Source: a candidate division FCPU426 bacterium (GTDB taxonomy: Bacteria; Oederibacteriota; Muellerivitia; Muellerivitales; Muellerivitaceae). Taken from it: 64,000 nt of DNA. This document shows positions 39,932 through 50,119 of this stretch, piece after piece. The stretch is taken from contig CAWCKJ010000004.1 of the NCBI GenBank assembly GCA_963796105.1, forward strand, positions 1,056,001 through 1,120,000, in the 5' to 3' direction. The notes under the pieces were generated by a model, which made no database searches, was not told where the DNA came from, and saw nothing but the letters and a program-made list of their open reading frames with translations. A program made the position numbers and the translations under genes. The first letter of the stretch is position 1; every line of letters starts with the position of its first letter.

Positions 39932-40864
39932 ATGGCTCACGATTTCACCATAACTTTCCGGGGGGTCCGGGGAAGCATCCCGGTGCCCGGTCCGACCACG
40001 CTTAAAATCGGGGGCAATACCTCTTGCGTGCAAGTGAATGCCCTGGATCACACCATCTTCCTGGACGCCGGAACGGGCATCGTCAGCGCGGGCCAGCAAA
40101 TGGTGCGGAACTTTTTCGCCAACCGCGACAAGATGCGGCGATTAAACACCACCATCCTGATCTCCCACACCCACCACGACCATCTCATGGGGCTCCCCTT
40201 TTTCCCGCCCCTCTTTATTGGCGACTCTTCCTTGTCCATTTACGGACCCTCGAATTACGCCCCCGTCAACAGTCCGAATGGAATGAAATACACCCTGGAA
40301 ATGCTGATGGACTCCATGTTTTTCCCCATCGACCTGATGGAAACAGGCTCCATGAAGAGAATCGAGACCCTGAGGCCCTTTGACCAGATCCTCCTGGCGA
40401 AAGGTTCAGAGCCGGAATTGGCGAACCTCCAGACCGAGATCAAGACCACCTTCAAGGATAAGATCATCGTCAGCCAATACCGAGCCTACAACCACCCTAA
40501 GAACGGAACCTTGGTTTATAAGCTGCAATACGGGGGAAAATCAATCGTTTATGCCACTGACATCGAGGCTTACGCGGAAGGCGACCGCCGGCTCATTCAA
40601 TTCGCCCGGGGGGCGGATATGCTCATCCATGACGCCCAATACACCTTGGAGCAATACACCGGGCCCGTTCCCACCCAGGGATTCGGACACTCCACCGCGG
40701 AAATGGCCTGCCAGGTGGCGCGGGAGGCGGGTGTGAAGCAGCTGGTTCTTTACCACCATGATCCCAACCACGACGATGCGGCCGTTCTCCAGAAGGAAGA
40801 AAACGCCAAGAAGCTTTTTCCCAACACCTTGGCGGCTTTCGAGGGTTTGGTCCTGCTCGTTTGA
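39932..40864 (+). CDS. MBL-fold metallo-hydrolase
   Basis: GVRGSIP, GGNTSC, SHTHHDH, HP, HDAQY, GHS and HHDP. Confidence 0.92.
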   Translation: MAHDFTITFRGVRGSIPVPGPTTLKIGGNTSCVQVNALDHTIFLDAGTGIVSAGQQMVRNFFANRDKMRRLNTTILISHTHHDHLMGLPFFPPLFIGDSSLSIYGPSNYAPVNSPNGMKYTLEMLMDSMFFPIDLMETGSMKRIETLRPFDQILLAKGSEPELANLQTEIKTTFKDKIIVSQYRAYNHPKNGTLVYKLQYGGKSIVYATDIEAYAEGDRRLIQFARGADMLIHDAQYTLEQYTGPVPTQGFGHSTAEMACQVAREAGVKQLVLYHHDPNHDDAAVLQKEENAKKLFPNTLAAFEGLVLLV

Positions 40865-41001
40865 TACCGGGGCCGTTCAAATCCTGGTTTTTCCGAATCT
40901 GCCCCTCATTCTAATCCGCTTGTTTTTTAAATCAGGAAACCCTTCATTTATGCGTTGTTTTTAAGGCCGTTAAATAGGAATCAACAGGGATGAAAAACCG
41001 A

Positions 41002-41682
41002 TTAATTCGCCTTGAATCTTTTGATTTTGTTTCCGAGGTCGTTGAGTTCTTCCTCAGTTGGTTCCGGCGTTGGGGATTGCAAAACCTCCAGCTGGTTGAA
41101 AAAATCGAATAGAACCGACCAAAGCTCCTCTTTTGAGAATTTTTCAAGGTTCAGGAAATAACGGAGGTAGAGTTGAAAGCGCACGCTTGTTTCGTACAGG
41201 ACCGTAAAAGAAATTCCAGCCAAGTCGGCGCTGACCAGGGGAAAGGCCCGGAGGATCACTTCCACCTCGTCGAGGATCTTTTTCAAAAGGACGCGGATGT
41301 CCAAAGCTTGGATGGCGTCGTAATAAACCGTGTCAAAATGGTCATGCGTGAGCTCCGGGCGGATCAAGGCGTCGTACTTGCGGAAAGTTTCCTGGAAAGA
41401 CTTGCCCCCTTCCTTAATCTCCGACACTAAACCATCCAGGCGGGCCAGGTGGGAGATGAAATTGGTCCGGTCCAATTCCAGCGTGGAAGCCAGCTCGTTG
41501 ATATATTGGATGTATTCATAGGATCCCCGGGCGCATTTCAAGAGGGCTGGGGCCATTTCCGAGGCTGTTTCCGGCTGTGCGCCGCCCTTTTGGAGGCGGT
41601 TTTCCACCTGGCCCAGGAAATCCCCGCCGGGTTTCCAGCTTTTGAAGCTTTCCATTAATTGTTCGGCGGTGATTTCGTTCAT
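41002..41682 (-). CDS. Hypothetical helical protein
   Basis: About 226 aa ORF filling the interval; no family recognised. Confidence 0.65.
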   Translation of the reverse strand: MNEITAEQLMESFKSWKPGGDFLGQVENRLQKGGAQPETASEMAPALLKCARGSYEYIQYINELASTLELDRTNFISHLARLDGLVSEIKEGGKSFQETFRKYDALIRPELTHDHFDTVYYDAIQALDIRVLLKKILDEVEVILRAFPLVSADLAGISFTVLYETSVRFQLYLRYFLNLEKFSKEELWSVLFDFFNQLEVLQSPTPEPTEEELNDLGNKIKRFKAN

Positions 41683-41873
41683 AGCCACCACCTTATCACC
41701 AAATCGGTTTTAAGAAAACGCTTCTCTCCTGGAAAGAGCGGGGAGCGAAGGACAGGGTAGGGTTTCCGGGGGTAACTTCCGGTTTCGTAGACATCAACTT
41801 GGGCTTTGGGTAGACTACTCGCGCTCGAAGCGGGATGAATCAACCGCCAAAATTTAAATGTGGGGGAGGATAT

Positions 41874-42815
41874 ATGTCGTCACAACGTCCGAAAATCACA
41901 GTCGTGGGAGCCGGCAACGTTGGAGCTTCATGCGCCGCCTGGATGGCCGAGAGGGACCTGGGCGACATTGTCCTGCTGGATATTCCAGCCGCCAAGGACA
42001 TGCCCAAGGGCAAGGCTTTGGATCTTTTGCAGGTGGGCCCCATATCCGGCTATAACTCGCGCTTGACCGGGACCACCGATTACGCCGATACGGCCCAGTC
42101 GGATATCTGCGTCATCACAGCGGGCGTGCCCAGAAAGCCTGGGATGAGCCGGGAGGACCTCGTGGCGGTCAACCAGGGCATCGTGACCGAGGTGGCCAAG
42201 AAGCTTACCGAGATATCGCCTGACACCATCCTGATCGTGGTGACGAATCCGCTGGACACCATGTGCTACACGGCCCTCAAGGCCTCGGGGCTCCACAAAC
42301 ACCGGGTCTTGGGCCAGGCGGGGGTTTTGGACTCGGCCCGGATGAAGGCCTTTCTGGCGCAAGCCGCCGGCGTGGCCGTGGAAAGCGTAAATGCCGCCGT
42401 CATCGGGGGGCACGGCGACGAAATGGTTCCTTTAGCCCGTTACTCCACCATCGGGGGCGTCCCAATCTCCCATTTCCTGAAGCCCGAGCAGGTCACCGCC
42501 ATCATGGACCGCACGAGAAAAGGCGGAGGGGAACTCGTCAGCCTGCTGGGGGTCAGCGCATGGTACGCGCCGGGCGCCGCGGCTGGTTCCATGGTGGAAG
42601 CCATATTGCGGGACAAAAAATTAGTGGCTCCCTGCTCGGCCTACCTGGAGGGGGAATACGGCCTGAAAGACATGTTTTTCGGCGTTTACTGCGTCCTGGG
42701 CCGCAAGGGGCTGGAGAGAATCCTGGAGATCCCGCTGGATGAGGAGGAGAAGAAAATGGTCGAGAAATCGGCCTCCCTCATCCGCGACACCATGAAGGTG
42801 CTTAAGAATATTTAA
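41874..42815 (+). CDS. mdh: Malate dehydrogenase (LDH-like)
   Basis: GAGNVG, GKALD, PRKPGMSREDL (Arg specificity residue), NPLD, LDSAR and GGHGD. Confidence 0.95.
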   Translation: MSSQRPKITVVGAGNVGASCAAWMAERDLGDIVLLDIPAAKDMPKGKALDLLQVGPISGYNSRLTGTTDYADTAQSDICVITAGVPRKPGMSREDLVAVNQGIVTEVAKKLTEISPDTILIVVTNPLDTMCYTALKASGLHKHRVLGQAGVLDSARMKAFLAQAAGVAVESVNAAVIGGHGDEMVPLARYSTIGGVPISHFLKPEQVTAIMDRTRKGGGELVSLLGVSAWYAPGAAAGSMVEAILRDKKLVAPCSAYLEGEYGLKDMFFGVYCVLGRKGLERILEIPLDEEEKKMVEKSASLIRDTMKVLKNI

Positions 42816-42877
42816 AACGAATAATGAACAATAGGTTTTAATTTAACCCGTAAATTCAGGGATGAAATATTTTTTAT

Positions 42878-43270
42878 TTAGGAAATTTTCACGGAAAGGG
42901 CGGGGGACTGCTTGCCGAATCCCTCGCTCAAGGCTTTTTCCACGTTGGGGAAAAGCCGGACCCATTTGTTGAACTCGAGCATCTCGAAAGTGTCGTGGAT
43001 CTCGGTGGGCATGGCCGCCAGGAAGATATCCCCCCTCATCCGCCGCACATGGGCGTGAAAAACCAGCAGGGCCTTCCAAGCCTGCCCGCTGAAGTATTTC
43101 GCGCGCGAAAGATCCAGGATGATTTTTTTCGAGGTGGTTTTGTTGTAAACGGCCTGCAGGGCCTTGTCGAAATCCGGCATGGTGGGGGCGTAAACAAAGC
43201 CGGTCACCTTCAAGACGCCGACCCCGCCGAATTGCGAATGCTGATCGATCTCATAAGAAAAATTTTCCAC
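42878..43270 (-). CDS. STAS domain / anti-sigma factor antagonist-like protein
   Basis: LKVTGFV...IILDLS..KYFSGQAW...GDIFL...FEML...FPNVEKAL. Confidence 0.8.
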   Translation of the reverse strand: MENFSYEIDQHSQFGGVGVLKVTGFVYAPTMPDFDKALQAVYNKTTSKKIILDLSRAKYFSGQAWKALLVFHAHVRRMRGDIFLAAMPTEIHDTFEMLEFNKWVRLFPNVEKALSEGFGKQSPALSVKIS

Positions 43271-43588
43271 GAATTCCCCCGATGCCTGAATAGGCGCGTC
43301 AACTTGATTCCAACTATAGCGGCTCGCCTTGCCTGGGACCTAGCCAAAACAACCTAAATTTAGGAAATCGATTAGAATGGAAATGGTAAAAATGGATTAT
43401 TCTTTTCAATAAAACGATGAGTTGAGAAGTCGAATTTTGAAAACAAGGGAATGGGTTTTGGGAATGGCCTGTAAAATCGATTTCAGCCCGACCAAATCCA
43501 TTAAAACAAATGAAAGAAAAAATTTTAAGCGCTTATACATCGTTGACAACGCAATGCGCAAAGAATCCTCAAGTTATTATGAATGCCC

Positions 43589-45697
43589 TTACTTTGGAAT
43601 GGCTAAAGATTCTGATTTTATAGTCAATTCATCCAACTTTTGGAGAAGCTGGGGCGGGGGTTGGTAGATCGAATCCCACTTGGCCGCCTCCAGTAGGGCC
43701 GTTTTCGCCTCATCGTAACGCCCCTGATTCCCCAAAACCTGCCCCAGGTTGTAATTCAAAAGGCCGTTGGCCCCGAAGCCCAAGGCCTTTTGGAAAGCCG
43801 GAAGGGCCAGGTTGTATTGCTTGTCCCAATAGTAATTGTTGGCGAGTTTCCCCCAGTAATAAAACTTGAGGAAAGGATCACCCTGGAAATCCGCTTCACG
43901 GTCCAACAAATAATGGATGGGTTTATCGAGGGGCTGGGTGAAGGGATGGTCCATGAGCAGGAAGTCCAGTTCCCGCAGGTTCCTGTCGGCTTTCGACCAG
44001 CTTTCCAGGGTTTTCCGGCCGGAAGGACTCAGGGTGATGAGGGCCTCAAGGCTGGAATCGCAGGGGGAAGGATCTTTCCATTCGATTAAGGAAGCGCCGG
44101 GGAACAAACGGGTTAAATGGGCCTTGCATCCGTTGTCCGCGATAACAGCGGCCCAGGAAGCCTTATGGGGGTCTAACAAAGGATTGGCCAGGGCGTTGAA
44201 GGAGTAGGTGCCCAAGTTCAAATAAACAGGAAGCCATTCATCCATGGAAAAATCCGAATAAACCAAGCCGGGACCAGAGGTTTGACTGAGTTTTTTAAGG
44301 TTCTCGTAAAGAGCGACCCTCGGATTCGTGTCCGAGAAATCCCGGTTGGCGACGGCCATCGATTTCGCAAGGGTGACTTGATCCAGGATCATCGAAATAA
44401 TAAAAACCGGAAGTATGAAGACAAACTTGGCGGGTCGTTCGGGAAGCCCGTCCAGGATGACTTCAAGCCCCAGGGCCATGGTGGCTATGACGAAGGGAAG
44501 AAGAGGGGCCAGGTGATAGCCATTAATATTATTGGCCAATAGGCAGGGCAAGAATAGGACGGCCGAGCTGACGGCGGTCCAATGCGCCATGGGAATTTTT
44601 CGGAGGCGCCACCATTCCGCGGTCCCCATGAAAAACAGGCTTACCAGAATCGGGTTCAAGAGACCGCCCCACCCGGAGTTGTATAAGAAATACCAGGGCT
44701 GGCCCGTCCAGAAAAGGTTGGTGAAAAGAAATGCGTTTTGCCAGTAGCGCCAATGGTAAGCCTCATCCCCCTTCTGATTGAGGGCGAATAGGATCTTGAT
44801 ATAAGCCCCGAAATTTTCACTCAAGGCCGCGAGCGCCAAGGGAAGAAGAGTGAGAAAGGCCGCGGCCAGGAAGAGAAAAAGGTCCCATTTCCGGCTTGGC
44901 CAGGAACGCCGGATAAACCAGCCGAGGGTGAGCAGGACGCACAGAGCGATCAAGGGCCATGCAAAGTAAGTGTAAAATCCTAAGCCCAGTAAAAAACCCA
45001 GGATGATCGAAAGCGCCGGCTGGCCACGCGAGGGACCGGTCTTTAAGAACTTGGCTAGAATCCAGGAAATCAGGGCCTGGCATAAAACCATCAGAACCGC
45101 GTTATGGGAAAAACGCCCGATGAATACCGGCCAAAAGGTGAGGCCCAAAAGCGCGAGGCATAAAAACGAGAAGGACTTGGAAAAATACAAGCGGAAGGCC
45201 AGGTAATAAAATACCGCGCTGAGAAAGGAAAGAATGGCGGGAACCAGCCAAAGATTCCGGAAAGAGACTCCCCCAAGCTTGAAAACAGAGGCCAACAGCC
45301 AGAGGTAAAGAGCCGGTAATTGGCTGGAGTAATAAAAAAACGGCCAGCCTCCATGGTTATTCAAGTGAATGGCGCTATAGGCGTTCACCATTTCGTCCAG
45401 GATAGGAAAAGTAAGAAAGGAATCCAGCTTGTAAAGGCGGATGCCAAGGGCTACCCCAAAGGTTAAAAAAATCCACCAGGCCGCGGGGGTAAAAATTTCA
45501 CGGGAGAAAACCGGTTGTTCCTGAGAGGAAATCGAAGGCCGGTTTTTAATGTAAGCCCAGCCCAAAAACAACAAGCCCAAGGAGCCCGCCAATAGCTTAA
45601 GGATCCCATCCAGCGGCGAATAGGCCAGGATGGCGTTAAGCGCTGTCAGAAGCGTGAAGAAGACGGCGGGCCTGGATAAAAGGGAGGCCAAGTTCAT
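43589..45697 (-). CDS. ArnT-like (GT-C) membrane glycosyltransferase with C-terminal TPRs
   Basis: IRLYKL...LDE...PALY, LGFYTYFAW, many TM segments, and TPR pattern YNLGQVLGNQGRYDEAK. Confidence 0.8.
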   Translation of the reverse strand: MNLASLLSRPAVFFTLLTALNAILAYSPLDGILKLLAGSLGLLFLGWAYIKNRPSISSQEQPVFSREIFTPAAWWIFLTFGVALGIRLYKLDSFLTFPILDEMVNAYSAIHLNNHGGWPFFYYSSQLPALYLWLLASVFKLGGVSFRNLWLVPAILSFLSAVFYYLAFRLYFSKSFSFLCLALLGLTFWPVFIGRFSHNAVLMVLCQALISWILAKFLKTGPSRGQPALSIILGFLLGLGFYTYFAWPLIALCVLLTLGWFIRRSWPSRKWDLFLFLAAAFLTLLPLALAALSENFGAYIKILFALNQKGDEAYHWRYWQNAFLFTNLFWTGQPWYFLYNSGWGGLLNPILVSLFFMGTAEWWRLRKIPMAHWTAVSSAVLFLPCLLANNINGYHLAPLLPFVIATMALGLEVILDGLPERPAKFVFILPVFIISMILDQVTLAKSMAVANRDFSDTNPRVALYENLKKLSQTSGPGLVYSDFSMDEWLPVYLNLGTYSFNALANPLLDPHKASWAAVIADNGCKAHLTRLFPGASLIEWKDPSPCDSSLEALITLSPSGRKTLESWSKADRNLRELDFLLMDHPFTQPLDKPIHYLLDREADFQGDPFLKFYYWGKLANNYYWDKQYNLALPAFQKALGFGANGLLNYNLGQVLGNQGRYDEAKTALLEAAKWDSIYQPPPQLLQKLDELTIKSESLAIPK

Positions 45698-45701
45698 CTA
45701 C

Positions 45702-47327
45702 TTACCGGCAAACGAAAAGGGTGGCGGACAAGGGGGGAAGGCTCATGTCGAATTGGTTGTCGGAAAGTTTCCCAATTTTTCCCGGCTTGATCTCCGGGGA
45801 GTGGGAATCAAATCCGTAACAGCTGTAGTCGGAATAGGCTGTTGTCGACTGGACCTTGAATTTGCCGTGGACCTCGTCCTTCTGGTTCTTATTGAGCACT
45901 AAAACCCAAAGGACTCCCGCTGACTTTGGATCAGTGGAGGCGTAAATCGAGGTCTGCGCGACATCTTCCGTGGCGGCCGAAACGGAGGTGCCGCCGAAGG
46001 CTGCTCCTTTCCCGTCGTAATTGCGGTAAATCTTGAAAGCGGCCCGGTTATAGGGTTTCAATTCCCCCCAATAGTTGGCCATGAAGACCAAATTTTTCCC
46101 AAAGATGCCCAGGACGTCCGCCTGGGCCAATCCCCCGGAAACATGGTTGCCTGCCCCGTAATCGTATTCGGTGAAGGAAAGTTTCGTGCCTGGATAACGG
46201 TTCTCGATCTTCTCCTTGATCCAGGGGATCAGGGTGATGGGCCGGCCCTTGGTGGAAGACTGGGTGATCCAGCTCTTCTCCACGTAGCCAGGGTCCCAAA
46301 GACTGCGGGGAGCCTGGAGCCTCGCTTCCACGCTTTCCGCGGAAGTGTCTCCCTCGGTGATTCGCTTTCCCCCCCCTTGGGCCTCGGGATACCAGTGGAG
46401 GTCCAAAACGTGCAGGAGGCGATTATGGTCCCTCTTTTCCAGGTAACGCATCTGGTCCAGGTAGAAATCCAAAAAACTCCCGAACTGCTGGTTGATGTCC
46501 GCCGCGTCGGGGGAATCCTGGAGATTAAGGAAAGCCTGCCAGCCGTAGCACACAGGCCCGAAAATCATGGCGGTGGGGTCCACTTTCAGGATGCCGAGGG
46601 CGGTTAATTCCGTGTTTTTCACCATTTCCCAGTAGCCGGTTTTCTTGGGATGGATGCGCGGGTGGGTGGAAGGCCAGAGGGCAGGCTCATTGTCCAGGTC
46701 GTAGAACCTCACGCCGCCCTCTAAGCCCCTCTTGTAGTTGGAGACCAGGAAATTCACGAACTCATCGTCATAGACGGCCGGAGCGTCCGGGTCCGGCGCC
46801 AGGGAGAAAGCCCTTTCCTTCCGGGGCAGAACCCTTTTCCAGCGCTTGGAGGGGGCGGTTTCCTTTTCGCTGACCTCGCCCTTCTTGTCGGAGGCCACAT
46901 AGCCCGCCATCTGAACCGTCACGAGGGATTCCACGCCGGCCTTCTGGTTGGCCTCCACGAAATGGCGCACGAACGCCCCAGGCTGGTCGCAGTCGGTGTA
47001 ATGGTGGTCGTCGCAAAGCCAGTTGTCGCTCACGTGGCGCCAGTCGTTTCCCGCGTTGGAGGCGTTGGTGACCCAGTTGTACCCGGTCATGCGGTTTCCG
47101 CCCAGGCGCCGCACGGTGGCATGGGTGTCCTGGGGGTCGGTGTCGTTCAAGCCGTAGATAAAGGGACTGATGGGCCCGATGACCTCCTCCGGCATCACCA
47201 GGAAGTTGATGTCCGCGGCCTTGGCCCCCGAAAGGGAAAGTCCCAAGGCGGCGAATAAGAACCATTGGATCATTCTACGATTGGGCAAGGAAGGCTCCTG
47301 GACAGGCTGGGATATGAAAGGACGCAT
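45702..47327 (-). CDS. Glycoside hydrolase family 44 (endoglucanase/xyloglucanase-like), secreted
   Basis: ISPFIYG, RRLGGNRMTGYNW, LDNEPALW, LDLHWYPE, FTEY and AQADVLGIFG. The ATG overlaps the upstream TGA (alternative start 47273). Confidence 0.9.
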   Translation of the reverse strand: MRPFISQPVQEPSLPNRRMIQWFLFAALGLSLSGAKAADINFLVMPEEVIGPISPFIYGLNDTDPQDTHATVRRLGGNRMTGYNWVTNASNAGNDWRHVSDNWLCDDHHYTDCDQPGAFVRHFVEANQKAGVESLVTVQMAGYVASDKKGEVSEKETAPSKRWKRVLPRKERAFSLAPDPDAPAVYDDEFVNFLVSNYKRGLEGGVRFYDLDNEPALWPSTHPRIHPKKTGYWEMVKNTELTALGILKVDPTAMIFGPVCYGWQAFLNLQDSPDAADINQQFGSFLDFYLDQMRYLEKRDHNRLLHVLDLHWYPEAQGGGKRITEGDTSAESVEARLQAPRSLWDPGYVEKSWITQSSTKGRPITLIPWIKEKIENRYPGTKLSFTEYDYGAGNHVSGGLAQADVLGIFGKNLVFMANYWGELKPYNRAAFKIYRNYDGKGAAFGGTSVSAATEDVAQTSIYASTDPKSAGVLWVLVLNKNQKDEVHGKFKVQSTTAYSDYSCYGFDSHSPEIKPGKIGKLSDNQFDMSLPPLSATLFVCR

Positions 47328-48742
47328 CAATAATAGCTTAAGGGAAGCCTTTCTCCCACCCAGTGGTAATTTTTTTCCTGGATGGCCCTCACGATGCGTC
47401 CCCGGTCCCGGTAGAGGGTGTAAACATCCCAGATCCGGACGGCGTAGGCTGCCTGGAAGATGAGCGCCGCTGCAAGGAAAACCTTCGCGAAATTCCTCCA
47501 GAAGGGGATATGGGCGAGGCGGCTCCAGCAGTAGAGCGAGAAAAGAAAGACCATGGGAAAGGTGCCGTCGTAATAAATGTGGGAGAGGGGCCACTTGATG
47601 GTGAACCAGAAGCTCGCCCAAACCATTAGGAAAGTGAACAAGGCCAGCTTACGGACGGCGGGCCAATCCCTCAAGCCGTGTTTCTTGAAAAACCACAGGA
47701 CAAAGAGCGCCATCGGCTGAATGAGCCCCACGACCCAAAGGAAAATACCGGGATAAAGAAGGAAGGGGGAACCCATCAGGAACTCCAACCGGGCATGGGT
47801 GCTATGGCCCGGCTGGAAGGAAGGGGGCCAAGCCCATCCGGCCCAATGGGGGCCGGAAGCCGTTCCCCAGGTGGTGTAACCGGGGGAGCCGGGCGGGTCC
47901 AGGAAGAAGGGCATCTCAAAACAAGCCCCCGAAAGCCAACGGCCGAGGATGGTAAAAAATTGCTTGAAGTTCTCCAGGCAAAAGAAAGTGATGTATCCAC
48001 CCCTCCCGGACGGGATGCCGCCGTATTTCAACAGGGCCGACAGGATCAGCGCGGCCATGGGCAGGCTTCCCAGGATGGTAAAGAGCAAGGCGGTTGGGAG
48101 GGCCGCTGGTTTTTTCCGCCATTGGAGGATAAGGGAAAGAATGAGAAAAGCCGCGAGGTACAACCAGGACATGTTCAACTGGGCCATCCAGAGGAGCCCG
48201 AAGCCCATCAGGGCGCAGCTCAGGCGCAGGGAGAAAATATTCAAGCTGAAGCCGGGAATGGACTCGAAAAAACCGACATAGAACAGGATGCAGCCGAAAA
48301 GGCACCAGGAGCGGGTGATCATGCCGGTGTTCTCATGGAGGGTCCAGGGCAAGAGCACGAGGGAAAAGTAAATAATCCAGGGGGATAGGTTTGGGACCCG
48401 TTTGGAGCAGTACCAGGCGAATAGGGCAATAGCCGCGAGGTTGATCAGGTTCAGGAAAATGAACGGGGATTCCGGGATGGGCCAAACCCGCAGGGGAAGG
48501 CTGACCATCAAGCCCATCAACGCCCCGGGGGTCTGGTTGTAGTGGGTGGTCTCTGCCCCTCCCAGGTCCGGGCCGAAATAGGGCCAGGTGCCGGTGCAGT
48601 AGCTTTTCAATCCCAAGAGGTAGGTTTGAAGCTGGTCCGAGGACCAGAAAGGGAGGGACAGCCCGAATCCCAAGCGGAAGAAGAAGGCGAAGAGAAGCGC
48701 CAGGATTATTTTTTGGTTGTGGGTCAAGATGCCTTCATCCAC
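47327..48742 (-). CDS. Multi-TM GT-C-like protein, paralogue 4 of 4
   Basis: DQLQTYLLGLK...WPYFGPDL...QTPGAL...PIPESP; ends GERLPLSYY. Confidence 0.75.
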   Translation of the reverse strand: MDEGILTHNQKIILALLFAFFFRLGFGLSLPFWSSDQLQTYLLGLKSYCTGTWPYFGPDLGGAETTHYNQTPGALMGLMVSLPLRVWPIPESPFIFLNLINLAAIALFAWYCSKRVPNLSPWIIYFSLVLLPWTLHENTGMITRSWCLFGCILFYVGFFESIPGFSLNIFSLRLSCALMGFGLLWMAQLNMSWLYLAAFLILSLILQWRKKPAALPTALLFTILGSLPMAALILSALLKYGGIPSGRGGYITFFCLENFKQFFTILGRWLSGACFEMPFFLDPPGSPGYTTWGTASGPHWAGWAWPPSFQPGHSTHARLEFLMGSPFLLYPGIFLWVVGLIQPMALFVLWFFKKHGLRDWPAVRKLALFTFLMVWASFWFTIKWPLSHIYYDGTFPMVFLFSLYCWSRLAHIPFWRNFAKVFLAAALIFQAAYAVRIWDVYTLYRDRGRIVRAIQEKNYHWVGERLPLSYY

Positions 48743-48763
48743 CTTTCGCCCTATCTCGCGGGA

Positions 48764-50119
48764 TTAATATTGGCTGCCGGCGCGTCTTTCACCAAGGATC
48801 CTGTAATCTTTTTCCGCGATCGCCTTTTGAACCAGGGGCCGGTTCAGGTAAAGGGACTGGACCCGCGACATTTCCACCAGGTATCCGGCTTGGAACCAGA
48901 GGCTGGCAACGAGGCATAAGACGCCAATTTTACGCCAGGAGTATTTCCGGGCAAGACCGGCCCAGGCATAAAAAGAATAAACAGCCAAAAGGGGCATCAG
49001 GATATAGAAGGAGGTGGCGGAGGTTCCTTTGGCGTTGAACCAGAAGGCGGCCCAGGCGAGGAGAAAACCGAAAAACACCGTACCAACCGCCGGCCTAGCC
49101 TCTGGGTGCCGGTTATCCTTGAGCCAGACGCCCCATCGGGCGGGAATCACCCGGAGTTTTATGTTGGCGCAAAGGTATAGGAGCAAGATCAAGGGTTGCA
49201 GCCAGCCAGCCAGGAGCAGAAAAACCGCGGGAAGGATCAGCCAGGGGGCGTTTTGGAGGAATAGAAGGCGCATATGAGTGTTCGCCCCCAGGTATTTGGG
49301 CATCTCAAAGGAGACGATGGAAAAATAACGGGCCAGGACCGTGAAGAAGGCCAGGAAATTATCCCGGTTAAATCCCACCGCCAGGCTCATTCCGCCCGAT
49401 TCCCGGCTCAGGCCATAATGAACCCAAGTGGGAACGAGAAATGCCAGGGGAAGAGCCGAGCCCAAGAGAAATCCCCCGATTTCCGAAAACCATTTTGAGT
49501 TTCCTTTCCGAAGCCTGAGGAAAAAAGCCAGTGCGATAAAGGGGGGCAGGAGAACCCATGAGAAATGAAACTGCATATCCCAGAAAAGCCCGAAACCCAT
49601 CAAAGCGAACGCGAAAGAAGGGGAGAGCCCCAAGACCGCGAGGCCCGGCGACGCCTCCAAGAAGCCGATGAAGAAGGGGACACTGCCCAACAGGAGGAAC
49701 GAGGTATTGATGGTATTGGCTGAAATATGGAGGTTCCAGGGAAGTAGGCACAGCCAAGTCAGGGTGAAGGCGAAGGGTATCTCCGGGATTCTCTTGGAGA
49801 CATACCAGGCCAGGAAACCCAGGGTGCCCATTGAAAGGAGGTTCAATAAAATGAGGGGGGCCTCAGGAATGGGGCAAAGGTGGAAAGGAAGCCCAATTAT
49901 TAGGCCTTCCAGGGCGCCAGGGATCTGGGACTCGAAATTTTTCTCCAGCCAGAACAAATCCGGGCCGAAATAAGGCCAGCTTCCGGTGGTATAGCATTTC
50001 AACCCGATGAGGTAGGTTTGAAGCTCGTCCACCGAGAAGAAAGGCTGGGAGAGCCCGAAGGCCAGCCGGAACAAGAACAGGAACAAAAACAAAAAAATAA
50101 GTTTTAGCTTGTTGGACAT
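48764..50119 (-). CDS. Multi-TM GT-C-like protein, paralogue 3 of 4
   Basis: DELQTYLIGLK...WPYFGPDL...QIPGALEGL...WDMQFHFSW; ends LGERRAGSQY. Confidence 0.75.
   Translation of the reverse strand: MSNKLKLIFLFLFLFLFRLAFGLSQPFFSVDELQTYLIGLKCYTTGSWPYFGPDLFWLEKNFESQIPGALEGLIIGLPFHLCPIPEAPLILLNLLSMGTLGFLAWYVSKRIPEIPFAFTLTWLCLLPWNLHISANTINTSFLLLGSVPFFIGFLEASPGLAVLGLSPSFAFALMGFGLFWDMQFHFSWVLLPPFIALAFFLRLRKGNSKWFSEIGGFLLGSALPLAFLVPTWVHYGLSRESGGMSLAVGFNRDNFLAFFTVLARYFSIVSFEMPKYLGANTHMRLLFLQNAPWLILPAVFLLLAGWLQPLILLLYLCANIKLRVIPARWGVWLKDNRHPEARPAVGTVFFGFLLAWAAFWFNAKGTSATSFYILMPLLAVYSFYAWAGLARKYSWRKIGVLCLVASLWFQAGYLVEMSRVQSLYLNRPLVQKAIAEKDYRILGERRAGSQY

Noticed and set aside
47328..47621. 98-aa N-terminal extension of GH44
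   Set aside because: Lies inside the upstream paralogue. The coupled ATG at 47327 and the signal peptide indicate the later start.
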